Part shown: one piece after another, positions 1 through 12,700 of the stretch
How the letters are laid out: every line of letters begins with the position of its first letter
How positions within the stretch are numbered: the first letter of the stretch is position 1
Origin: Octopus sinensis
Taxonomy: Eukaryota
Length of the DNA: 64,000 nucleotides
Assembly: GCF_006345805.1 (NCBI RefSeq)
Contig: NC_043006.1
Span: forward strand, 43,276,001-43,340,000
Direction of reading: 5' to 3'
The notes under the pieces: generated by a model
What the model saw: only the letters and a program-made list of their open reading frames with translations
The model's database searches: none
Told to the model about the DNA's origin: nothing
Translations under genes and position numbers: made by a program

Positions 1-69
1 ACATAGATATAGATATATATGCATACGTAGATATCGTAGATATATATACATACATAGATATCTATATAT

Positions 70-102
<33 letters not shown>

Positions 103-1261
103 CATATTACACACACACACACACATATATATATACATATATATACATATATGTATGATACATAATATATATAATGCATACATTATGTATATATATATAT
201 ATATATAATATATATATATATATTATATATATATATTACATATATATATTATATACATATAGTCTATATACATATATATTTATATGTCTGTATGTTTTCA
301 CCTTGGAGTATTATACATATAGTAGGTATTTCCATGTGTGCTGTGAATGGTGTTACTCTTATGTATATATATATACATATATATACACACACACACATAT
401 ATATATAATATACATGTATATATACATACACTCACACACACACACACATACACACAAACATGTACACACACACACATATACATACATACATACATATTAT
501 AAACATATTATATACATGTTAGGCCTACTTATATGTATTTCAGATATATTCATAGCACTGTTCACTGAACTACAGTACTTGAGAAATTGATGGTTGGCAG
601 TACCAGAAGAAAAAATTTTGGAAATAATTTTCATACTCCGTTTGTATATTTGTTCAACGTTTATTTTTTTTTATGTATATTTTTATAGTAAATTTAGAGT
701 AATACTTATAAATTTGAAATATATTATTAAAAAAAAATATTATATTTTTATCTCCAGAAATATATAATATATATTTAGATAAAGTCATATGCTATAAATT
801 TTATATGATGAAACAAAATTTAGCCAAGGGATATAATTCAAATAGGCCAATGCATGAAGTGAGATGAATTAAGTTGGATAATATATATAGCAAAGACCAA
901 TATCCTCTTTTTAGTTGGAGAAAGTAACAAAAACTCAGTAGAATTCATTTGTCAATCATAAAATAAAAAAGGAAATTTATTCATTCACATTTACATCTGT
1001 TTTTCCATGCCAGCATGAGTTGGATGAATGCATGATTGAAACATTGTTTTAGAGCTGAAGGCCTTTCTTATCCTTAACCCTTATCTGTTTATCAAGTAGA
1101 AAATTGTTTATTTCAAGCATCCTTGAATATGCTGCAAAGCCATTTACCAGTTTCTTGAATGGAAAATTAACAGAAGCATCACTGTTTGTAGTTTGCAATA
1201 TCTGAAGAATATAAGGCGAAGAGTTGGCAGAATAGTCAACATGCTCGACAGAATGCTTACA

Positions 1262-1660
1262 CTTTTACTCTTTTACTTGTTTCAGTCATTTGACTGTGGC
1301 CATGTTGGAGCACCACATTTTAGTTGAGCAAATCGACCCCAGGATTTATTCTTTGTAAGCCTAGTACTTATTCTATCGGTCTCTTTTGCTGAACCGCTAA
1401 GTTACGGGGGACGTAAACACACCAGCATCAGTTGTCAAGCGATGCTGGAGGGACAAACACAGACACACAAACACACACACGCACATATATATATATATAT
1501 ATACATATATACGACGGGCTTCTTTCAGTTTCCGTCTACCAAATCCACTCACAAGGCTTTGGTCAGCCCGAGGCTATAGTAGAAGACACTTGCCCAAGGT
1601 GCCACGCAGTGGGACTGAACCCGGAACCATGTGGTTGGTAAACAAGCTACTTACCACACA
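1262..1660 (-). mobile_element. SINE family A (tRNA-like head, CORE-like segment, central TA/TG microsatellite, (GAGTAAAA)n tail), near full length
   Basis: Reverse complement reads TGTGTGGTAAGTAGCTTG...GGTTCAGTCCCACTGCGTGGCACCTTGGGCAAGTGTCTTC...TGACTGAAACAAGTAAAAGAG; the same sequence recurs more than 15 times in the window. A relationship to octopus OR-type CORE-SINEs is inferred. Confidence 0.9.
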
Positions 1661-1929
1661 ATGGCAAGACAACAAAAGAATTCTATATTTCTATATTTTT
1701 ATGCAGCTGAAGATTGTTCTACATTTTAAATTGATGTAATGTTTGCATTGTTCAATTAAATGGAGTCGCCTGAAACAATCGTACTGCATTACCTCTGGAT
1801 ATCTTTTTTGCTTATTATGATTATAATCACCTTATTTTAAATTATATGGATAATAAATACCATACTAAATTCTGGTGCTTTCAACTTAAGTACCATATTC
1901 ATCTGAATCTCTATATATATATGTGTGTA

Positions 1930-2145
1930 TGTATATGTTTGTGTGTCTGTGTTGCCCCCCCCCCCTCCCAACATCGCTTAACAGGCGATGATGCAGCATT
2001 TACATCCCCGTAACCTAGCTGTTCGGCAAAGGTGACCGATAGAATAGGTGCTGGGCTTACAAAGTTTAAGACCTGCATTCAATTTGCTCGACTAGGGGCG
2101 GTGCTCCAGCATGGTCGCAGTCAAATTACTGAAACAAATAAAAGA
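1930..2145 (+). mobile_element. SINE family A, 3' half
   Basis: CCAACATCGCTTAACAGGCGATG...TTTACATCCCCGTAACCTAGC...GGTGCTCCAGCATGGTCGCAGTCAAATTACTGAAAC matches the 3' half of the other copies. Confidence 0.8.
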
Positions 2146-2726
2146 ATACATACATATATATATATATGTGTGTGTGTGTGCATGTGTGTGGATACATATA
2201 AATACATTCATACATACATATATACATACATATATACATACATATATACATACATACATACGTACGCACATGTACCTATTTTTCTCATGTTTTATCTAAC
2301 TCATTTACTTATATATATTTATTTATATGCATAATTTTGCATTTGCTGTTGTTCATTTTTTTTCCCTTCTTCTTCATCACATTCCTTCTAATTTCTTCTT
2401 TTCTTTCTTCTTTATTTTTTTTTTCTACATCCAAGATAGGGATGGCTTCCAAAATAGCATTGCAAACTAAAAGAAAAAAAATATTACATATTAAAGAATT
2501 TCTCAAAAGTTCATTTCTTCGAAAGGAAATATGACATAGGCTTACAAGTGAAGCAGCTAAATTTGAAGGCAAATGTTACAACATGGTTAATTTTGTACAT
2601 CATAGCCTAGGGGAAGACTTACATCAGTGCTGCACCTATACTGCTATGATAATGCAGATAATTTTAGTTGGGTGTATATATATGTATGTGTGTAGCTGTG
2701 AGCATGTGAATAAAAATGTGTGTGAA

Positions 2727-2760
<34 letters not shown>

Positions 2761-2896
2761 GTGCTTGTGTGTATGTGTGTTTGTGTACATGTGTGTGTGT
2801 ATCTGTGCATGGTTTGTGTGCATGAGTGTATGCCTATATATATATATATGTATGCATTATCTATATCTATCTATCTATCTATCTATCTATATATAT

Positions 2897-2984
<88 letters not shown>

Positions 2985-3115
2985 GGTGGGTAGATAGATA
3001 TACATACAGATATATATATATATATATACACTACACACATACACACATATGTATATACACATATATATATATTACATAAAATATATATAGGTGGGTGGAT
3101 AGATATACATACAGA

Positions 3116-3164
<49 letters not shown>

Positions 3165-3195
3165 CACTACACACATACACACATATGTATATACA

Positions 3196-3239
<44 letters not shown>

Positions 3240-3974
3240 ATAGATATATATAAATACACACATATGTATATACATATATATATATATATAAATAGATATA
3301 TATAAATACACACATATGTATATACATATATATATATATGGATAGATGATATATGAACACACACATATATGTATGTATATACATCTAGATATATACATAC
3401 ATATATATACATATATATTTACACACACATATATATATATATATTTGTATACACACGCACACATATGCATATATATACATATATATATAGAGAGAGATAG
3501 ATATATATATACATATATCGAAACACACACTCATGAAAATATTTTTACTTAAATCTAGATATAAGATATTTTAAGATATTTTCAAGTATCAACATTCTGA
3601 ATATTTTTTGTCTCACCCTTTGAATTCTTCAAAAATCCTTTTACACTCAAAGTATTTTCTTTCCATAGAAGCTTTTTATTTTTTTTTATTATTTTTTTTT
3701 TTTTTTCACCATTAATGTATTATAATACTCATTTCATACGTTGTCCTTAAAATATCTTTTAATGACTAATTCTGGAACTTGACTTCTCTTTGTGAAGAAT
3801 TTTTACAGCTCTTCTAGTTGTAGCTAAAACAGTCATTCCATTTCGGCTTCTTTTTTACATTCTTGTATTCTTTGACACATTTTAGCTCTGTCTTTGATAA
3901 AGGTTCCAAGTGTGTAGTTGACTTGTCACCCATACATTGTTACCCAGTACATATATGTATATGTGTGTGTGTGT

Positions 3975-4005
<31 letters not shown>

Positions 4006-4025
4006 ATACATATATATATATATAT

Positions 4026-4405
4026 ACTCTTTACTCTCTTTTACTCTTTTACTTGTTTCAGTCATTTGATTGCAGCCATGCTGGAGCACCGCCTTTAGTC
4101 GAGCAAATCGACCCCGGGACTTATTCTTTGTAAGCCCAGTACTTATTCTATTGGTCTCTTTTGCCGAACCGCTAAGTGACAGGGACGTAAACACACCTGG
4201 CGGACAAACACAGACACACAAACACATACACACACACATACATATATACGACAGGCTTCTTTCAGTTTCCGTCTACCAAATCCACTCACAAGGCATTGGT
4301 CAGCCCGGGGCTATAGCAGAAGACACTTGCCCAAGATACCACACAGTGGGACTGAACCCGGAACCATGTGGTTGGTTAGCAAGCTACTTACCACACAGCC
4401 ACATA
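4026..4405 (-). mobile_element. SINE family A, full length with short internal deletion
   Basis: Same head, CORE-like segment and tail as 1262-1660. Confidence 0.9.
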
Positions 4406-4418
4406 CATGCATATATAT

Positions 4419-4449
<31 letters not shown>

Positions 4450-5885
4450 CATATGTTCGTTTGTATCATCATCGTCGTCATTGTCGTTGTTGTCATCATG
4501 GTATTCTTTGTAATCATCATCCTTTAAATCTGCTTCCCATACTGGCATTAGGTTGGATGGTTTGACAGACTCTGGCTGTCCACAGGGCTGTGTTGAACTC
4601 CAGTGTCATCTTTGGTCGCATGTTATCTATGGCTGGATGCCCTTCCTAATGTTAACCATCTTACAGTGAGAACTGGGTACTCCTTTTTTTTTTTTGTTTT
4701 TGTACCACCAGTACTAGTGAGGTTGCTAAGCAAGTTGTAAGACAGAAAAGAACAAAAGAAAGAGTCCCATTGACCAAGCAGGGGGGATGAGTATTAAGGA
4801 GGGGTAGATGGCTTTATACCAGGTGCTGAGAGGCTAAAATGTGATACATAGAGAAGCACATGTGGGGAGCAGGATTTTCTTTTGCAGAGCTAATTTGGTT
4901 TAAGTCTAAGATATTTTTAAACATAGATACTCAGGGTAGATAGCATCTTGATTTGGTACCCTAGCAGTTCTCTCAAAATATATCATTGCTATTATGCAAA
5001 AGTGTCATGAGTCCAAAACATTGCTTTTTCAGAAAATAAAAAAATAGTTTCACCATTCCATTTCTTTTTACATTAGCAATAGTTTTTACATTAGCAATAG
5101 TAACAATAATACTTTGTTGGGTGCCCAAAATCGTAACCCCATGCGTGTATAATATTTTCAGTCAGAAATATTTTTGCAAATCTGTTGTATGTGGGACTTG
5201 TTACACTTTAGAGAAATTCTAAACCGTTGTACTACAATTTGACAATTTTCATATCTTGGCATCCGAAACAGCTGGAGATACAATGGTTTCACCAAAAGAA
5301 CCGGCTATTAGGAGCAAAATTAAATATTGAAAAAACACATTTGGCCAAATTTGGACATACGGCAGTTTAACACAATAGCAACGATATGCATGTGCATACA
5401 TACAGAGTGTGATAACAAAAGATATCGAAATGGTTGGTAATGGAGAGTGGAGGTAATTTTTAAAATGGCAAAATCTGTCTCGTATAATGATGAGTGGGTG
5501 CTGTGTTGTGGAAAGAGTGTGCGTTTGTGTCTTAGAAAGCGATGAATGAATTAATAGATGGACTGCTGATAAAATGTGCATGTAAACATGCAGTTGTGCA
5601 TAAGTAAATAGATTATTTGGCAAGTGTAGAGAGAGACAGAAAGAGAATAATCATTGCACATTGCTATGTAAAGTTCTGTGTTTGTATGCAGAGAGAGATA
5701 AGAAGAGGCAGGATGTATTCTATTATGTATGTGTACACTTCGTATTTTAATACATAGGATCATGATTTCATTTCATAGTATACGCATGTATGTGGGTACA
5801 TATATGTGTGTGTGTATTCATATATATATACACACATATATATACACATATATACATATATATTCATATATATATATATATATGC

Positions 5886-5968
<83 letters not shown>

Positions 5969-6137
5969 CATACATATATATTTATATATACATACATATA
6001 TATATTTGTATAGATATATATTCATATATATATATTTGTATATATACGTATGTGTGTTTATATATATATATACATATAATATATATGTATAAATAGGCTA
6101 TACCTATATATTGTCTTTCTCTCTTCCTATCTCTTTT

Positions 6138-6179
<42 letters not shown>

Positions 6180-6280
6180 TATATATACATATATATATTC
6201 ATGCATATGTGTGTCTATGTCTGTGTGTACATATAATTATAGATGTGTATATTCATATATATATATATATATGTGTGTGT

Positions 6281-6316
<36 letters not shown>

Positions 6317-6524
6317 GTACATATATATGTATATCGTGAGTGTTTATTTAGCTAAGGACATGTTCATGTGCATAGGCTTTGAGAGCGATAGTGTAATGTT
6401 CATATATACGTGAACATTTGAATGTTCAAAGTCAGGCATGTGTGGCATACACGTAAGAATGGCTACATGATTGATTATGCTAATGACATACATGTATAAG
6501 TATGTATATATATATTACATATAC

Positions 6525-6570
<46 letters not shown>

Positions 6571-6572
6571 GC

Positions 6573-6622
<50 letters not shown>

Positions 6623-6702
6623 TACATATATATATGTATATATATTTATATATATATATACACATACATATCTATGTATATATATATATATATATATGTA
6701 TA

Positions 6703-6739
<37 letters not shown>

Positions 6740-6786
6740 GTTATATATATGTATGTATCACTCTTTGTATGCCTTTCTACATATAT

Positions 6787-6823
<37 letters not shown>

Positions 6824-7329
6824 GTACATCATCATCATCATCATCATCGTTTAACATCCGCTTTCCATGCTGGTATGATATATGTATAAATACATATATA
6901 TATAAAGGGTTGGATGAATCACTGGATAACTGGATGGATCGATGGATGAATGTATATGCTTGTATTATACATTTACATATACTAGTACGTATACATGTTA
7001 GCACAAAAATGGATTTAAAATCAATGATAATTGTATGGTTGTGTACAGATATTCATGTACGTATACACACATGTATACATGTATTGATGTACGCATGTGT
7101 GTATACATGTTTGTAAATATGTTCATATATATATATATATATACATATGTGTGTGTTTGTATGTGTATGTTTGAAGTTATGTGTCATCATGTGTGGTTAT
7201 TTTCATGCGTACACTTCCATAAATATTCATAGTTTAGGCATCACTAGGTTGATAAATAGAGAATGATAGTATGATATTCATATATACATAATATATCAGG
7301 ACAAGGCATGTGGATCACTGGTCACAGGT

Positions 7330-8050
7330 CTGATCATCGAGTTAGCCATTGTTGTATCTCCAGGATTGCTTGTAGTTAGAGAGTTAGGTTCCTATAAAGC
7401 CCTACCATGTATAGCTGTACATCAAAAATAGTGTGTATGTGGATGTGGGTGTGGATCTCATGCCAATGGCATGTCAAAAGCACCATAGAAGTTTGATCGA
7501 TGCCAGTACCACCTGACTGGCTCCTGTGCCGGTGGCAAGTAAAAAGCACCATTCAAGTGTGGTTGTTGCCAGTGTCACCTGACTGGCACCCATGCCGGTG
7601 GCAAGTAAAATGCACCATTCAAGTGTGGTTGTTGCTAGTACCATTCAACTGGCTCCCATGCTGGTGGCAAGTAAAAAGCACCATTCAAGTGTTTTGTTGC
7701 CAGTGCCACCTGACTGGCTCCTGTACCACTGACATGTAAAAAGCACCATTCAAGTGTAGTTGTAGCCAGTGCCACCTGACTGGCACCCATGCCAGTGACA
7801 CACAAAAAGCACCATTCGAGCATGGTCATTGCCAATGTCACCTGACCAGTCCACCCCCTGTGCCGGTGGCACATAAAAAGCGCCCACTACACCCTCGGAG
7901 TGGTTGGTGTTAGGAAGGGCATCAAGCTGTAGAAACCTTGCCAGACCAGACTGGAGCCTGGTGCAGCCTCCTGGCTTGTCAGTCCTCAGTCAAACTGTCC
8001 AACCGATGCCAGCATGGAAAGCGAACATTAAACGATGATGATGATGACGA
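7330..8050 (+). mobile_element. RTE LINE 3' tail copy with expanded 66-bp tandem repeat
   Basis: Ends GGTTGGTGTTAGGAAGGGCATC...CATGGAAAGCGAACATTAAAC(GAT)n like the 3' end of the LINE at 34183-36149; about six 66-bp units start at 7501, 7567, 7633, 7698, 7764 and 7830. Confidence 0.85.
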
Positions 8051-9075
8051 TGATGTTTTCTGTCTTGAACCCTAGGACTCACCAGACCAGTTACTTGGTT
8101 ATAATAGCTTATAATTGACAACATTGTCATCGTCGTCATCATCATCAGCATCAGCATCAGCATCAGCATCATCATCATCATCATCATCATTGTCATCATT
8201 ATCATCATCATCATCACCATCGTCATTGTTGTCATTGTCATCATCATCATTCTTGTTGTTGTTGTTGTCATCGTCATCTTAACATCCACTTTCCTTTGCT
8301 CGCATGGGTCAGACAGAGTTTATTGAGAAATATTTGTCTTTGACCCATGCAAGGTAATGTTTCCCCATGGTCAGACATGTTTTGCAGAATATAAGAAAAG
8401 ATTGACATTTTGTTACAGCGATCACAGAATGTTGAGACAAGGACACATAAAAACATACACACACACATACACAAATATATACACATCTATATAACAATGA
8501 CAAGCTTCTATCATTTTCTGTCAAACAAATTCATTCACAAGATTCAAAGCTATATTAGAAAATGTTCCTGCTAGTCTTATTCCTAAAAAAAGATATTTGC
8601 TTCATTAGAAAATTGTTAAAAGTTTCTGATGATATCAAGATATCGTATGACTCGTTGCCATTGTTGAATTAATCTCTATGTTAACGAAAAGACTTCCATT
8701 AATTTCGTAAGCAGTCAAAGAAGAGGCAGATGTTGTTCAACGCCCTTACTTTAGCTACATAATTGTACATACAATAATTTCCTTGGTGACAGTTTAATCA
8801 CACTCAGAATAAAATAACATAATTTCAGAGAGTAACAATCAATAAATCTCTGAACTTTTAACTCTCACATCAATCAAAAGGTGAAGATATTAACCAGCAT
8901 GATAGAAATGGTAAGGAAGACCTTTGTTGCTTGTTCTTAAAATATGGCTGTCAGTTTATAGAAGTCACTAGACAGAATCGTTTAATCCTTTTAAAACCAC
9001 CCTATCTGAGACCAAGACTCTATTAAAGTGTTCTGATAGAAAATTCAAATTTTTGACTGGAACTTGTTATTACAG

Positions 9076-9637
9076 GAAAGATGGTATTAGATTTCAATGG
9101 GCAAACATTTGTTAGTGTTTTCTTAAGCTAAAACTTATTTCACTAAAGTTAGCCACCAGTCTTGATTATTTTTGAAAGTTAAAACATAAATGTAGTATAT
9201 TCTGTTACTCTTTTACTCTTTCACTTGTTTCAGTCATTTGACTGCGGCCATGCTGGAACACCGCCATTTAGTCAAACAAATCAACCCCAGGACTTATTCT
9301 TTGTAAGCCTAGTACTTATTCTGTCAGTCTCTTTTGCTGAACCACTAAGTTACGGGTACGTAAACACACCAGCATCGGTTGTCAAACAATGTTGGGGGAG
9401 ACAAACACAGACAAATAAACACACACACACATATACTTTTTTACTCTTTTCATTCATTTGACTGTAGCCATGTGCTGGAGCACCGCCATTTAGTCGAGCA
9501 AATCAACCCCAGGACTTATTTTTTGTAAGCCTAGTACTTATTCTATCGGTCTCTTTTGCCGAACCGCTACGTTACAGGTACATAAACACACCAGCAACGG
9601 TTGTCAAGCAATGTTGGGGGAGACAAACACACACACA

Positions 9638-9720
<83 letters not shown>

Positions 9721-12700
9721 GTACATATATACGACGGGCTTCTTTCAGTTTCCGTCTACCAAATCCACTCACAAGGCTTTGGTCGGCCCGAGGCTATAGT
9801 AGAAGACACTTGCCCTAGGTGCCACGCAGTGCGACTGAATCCGGAACCAAGTGGCTGGGGAGCAAGCTACTTACCACACAGCCACTCTTGTTAGAAATAT
9901 GAACGCAAATGGGTATAAAAGACTGCAGTTCTCTCTTCCGTGGACTTCTTCAGCTAACCTACCGCCACCCTGCCAAAGATTGACATATTCCTTGCTTTTA
10001 AAGCTGCAGTCAAAATAACTGAGATTTGTCTCTGCAGCATCATTCTGAGATATAAAATTTGGCTCTACTCTCTATATCATTATGTGAATAACTTGCCATG
10101 TTTTATAGAATAGTGCTACTTAAAATGTACTTTGGTATCAATAACTATAACGGGATGCTATGTTTAGTGACTATAACACAGAAGAGTGTGTAGCTGGTTA
10201 CAATACAAACCGATGTATTTAAACAGCATTTAGCAATATATATTTTTTTAACTCTTTCCTTTCTCCCTATCTCTCTCTCTCTTTCCCTCTCTCTCTCTCT
10301 CTCCTGTCTTTCTCTCTTTCTATTTTCTCCCCCCCTTGGCTGTTTTCTCTGCAGTTCACTAACATAGCAGATATGGCTTATGATTTCAAGCTAAAGCAAC
10401 AATATAACAACATTTATGTATAAATTACATCACAGTGTTAGGAAAATTGGAGAACAGTGAGTGGTAACAGAAATAACTGACACCAGTTTCTTGCACGTCG
10501 CAATGGTGACTGAATACAGTGGCAGCCATCTGGAACAACTACTCTCCTTATTTGTTATAATTAGAAGAATATTTTTCACTGCTTTGCTGCACATTGGCGC
10601 TCTATTCAACACCCGATAATGCTTATGGCTACTCAAAGCCCTTGATCAACTGACTTGAAACATTTCCCTTTGTTATTCATTGTATCGTTTAATGTCAGAA
10701 AAGCCAACACATAGAGATTTATCACACAAAAGTCTAGTAAAACTTGTGCTTAGTTTGTGGTGCTATAAAAGAGCAATTCTACTTGCATTGGTGGAGAAGG
10801 AGGGAGAGAGCGAGAGTTTGGCAATTGTTGATTTGATAAAAATTCTATTTTTGATTATTTCCTCTATATTTATTTTGTTTGATTCCGTCAGCCCCCTTTT
10901 ATTCCAGGCAATTCTGCATTTTTTTACGGGAGGCTTTTGAAATAGTTAAAATGATTAAGTCTCGGCAACAGAAATAAATCTTTTGTTTGGCACCGAAATC
11001 TGTACAAAATGTAAATCTACCTTTACTGTGAGATCTAAATATCTTTTTTTTTCTTTTTTGAGAACAATCTAATGACATGACTATATTTTTCCAAGTACAT
11101 GTTTTGTACTCTTTGGTCCTTTTAATCTAACATTTCATTTCATATCAACATTTTTTTTTTCTTTGCTTTTTTTTTCTTTTTTTTTCCTTTTCATTTTTCT
11201 CTTCAAGAATTTTTGATATTTTGCAGTTTGAAGATTTTTGAAATTTTGCTTCAGTAACTTCTTTAATACAAAAGGGTTAAAAATGACACTGCTGAACCAT
11301 AAATTAGACATCATGTACTCTGATTGTTAAAAACAAAGTTCATCTCAGCATCACTCTCTCAACACATGACTGGCTTATTCAGTAAAATTCTGGTAATTTG
11401 ACAGGAAGTTAATCAGCTACCATTATTCATTAGTTCACTGCTAATTGCCTGTAACAGCTCTTTCAAATATGGCAAATATAATTTTCTCTCTCTTTTTTTT
11501 CTTTCCTTGTTTCTCTCTTGTTTATTCTCTTTCTCTTTGTCTCTCTTTCCTTCTCTCTCTTTGTCTCTCTTTCCTTCTCTCTCTTGTTCATTCTCTCTCT
11601 TTCTCTATCAATTTCTTTCTCCTCCTCCTCCTCTCTCTCTACCTACCTCATTTAAACATTTCATATGTGTCTACAATGGAAGAGGACACACCAGCCACTT
11701 TTCTTCTTCTTCTTCTTCTTCTTCTTCAATGTCATAAATCTGTCTCGTCTAACATGTATATCTATAGATATGACACTGTCAGAGCCAAACTTGTCTAAGT
11801 GAAGTTTTCATTGATAAAAAAGATAACACACATATATTCATTTATTAATTAAGAATAGCTCTCAGTATTATTGATACTACAGTAGTCTTCCAAAGATATG
11901 TTGCAATCCTATAATAAGTATTAATTAATTAATTAATTAATTAATTATTTCAAAGCATGATTGGAAATTACAGAAATGTTATAACAGGTTTCCAGTAGAC
12001 AAATCACTGGTTCGTTGTATTTCTAACAGTGATTGTTATAAGAGAGTGTCTGTAATTCACTGCAGAACAAACATCACTAGGAACTTCATTAAAAATGACC
12101 ACCAGTTTTTTTTTAGTTTTTTTTACAGATGTTTGTTATATTTTTTTCCAGAGTTCAAATTCTGCCATGGTTGACTTGTGCTTTTTCATCCTTTTGGGTT
12201 TCATAAAATAAGTACCAGTTGAATACTGGTGTTCGATGAAATTGACTAGCTTCCTCCTCTGAAATTGCTGGCCTTGTACCAAAATTTGAAATCAATACAT
12301 ATCATCATCATTTAATGTCCACATTCCATGCTGGTATGGGTTGGACATCAGTAGAAGATAAATGCAGACACACGTATGCACACACACACATGCACACACA
12401 CTCATACACACTCGTGCATGCACACATACACACACACACATACACAGGCATACATATGCAGATACACACATACATGCACACACACACATACACAAACACA
12501 GACATGCACACACTATACACACACATGTACACACAGACACACACACATACATACATGCACGCATACACATGTACACATGGGCAAACATACACACGTACAC
12601 ACATGCATACACATTCACATACACACACATACACTCATACACACACATGCACATAAACATATATACATGATGGATTCTCCACAGTTTTAATTAAGTAAAT

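Noticed and set aside
2983-3330. Higher-order duplications inside TA tracts (also 47440-47690 and 59040-59200)
   Set aside because: Readily explained by replication slippage or unequal exchange in microsatellites.
7501-7870. CRISPR-like appearance of regular repeats (also 21614-21796)
   Set aside because: Contiguous tandem units without unique spacers, eukaryotic context and no cas genes; the 66-bp unit is part of the RTE 3' UTR.
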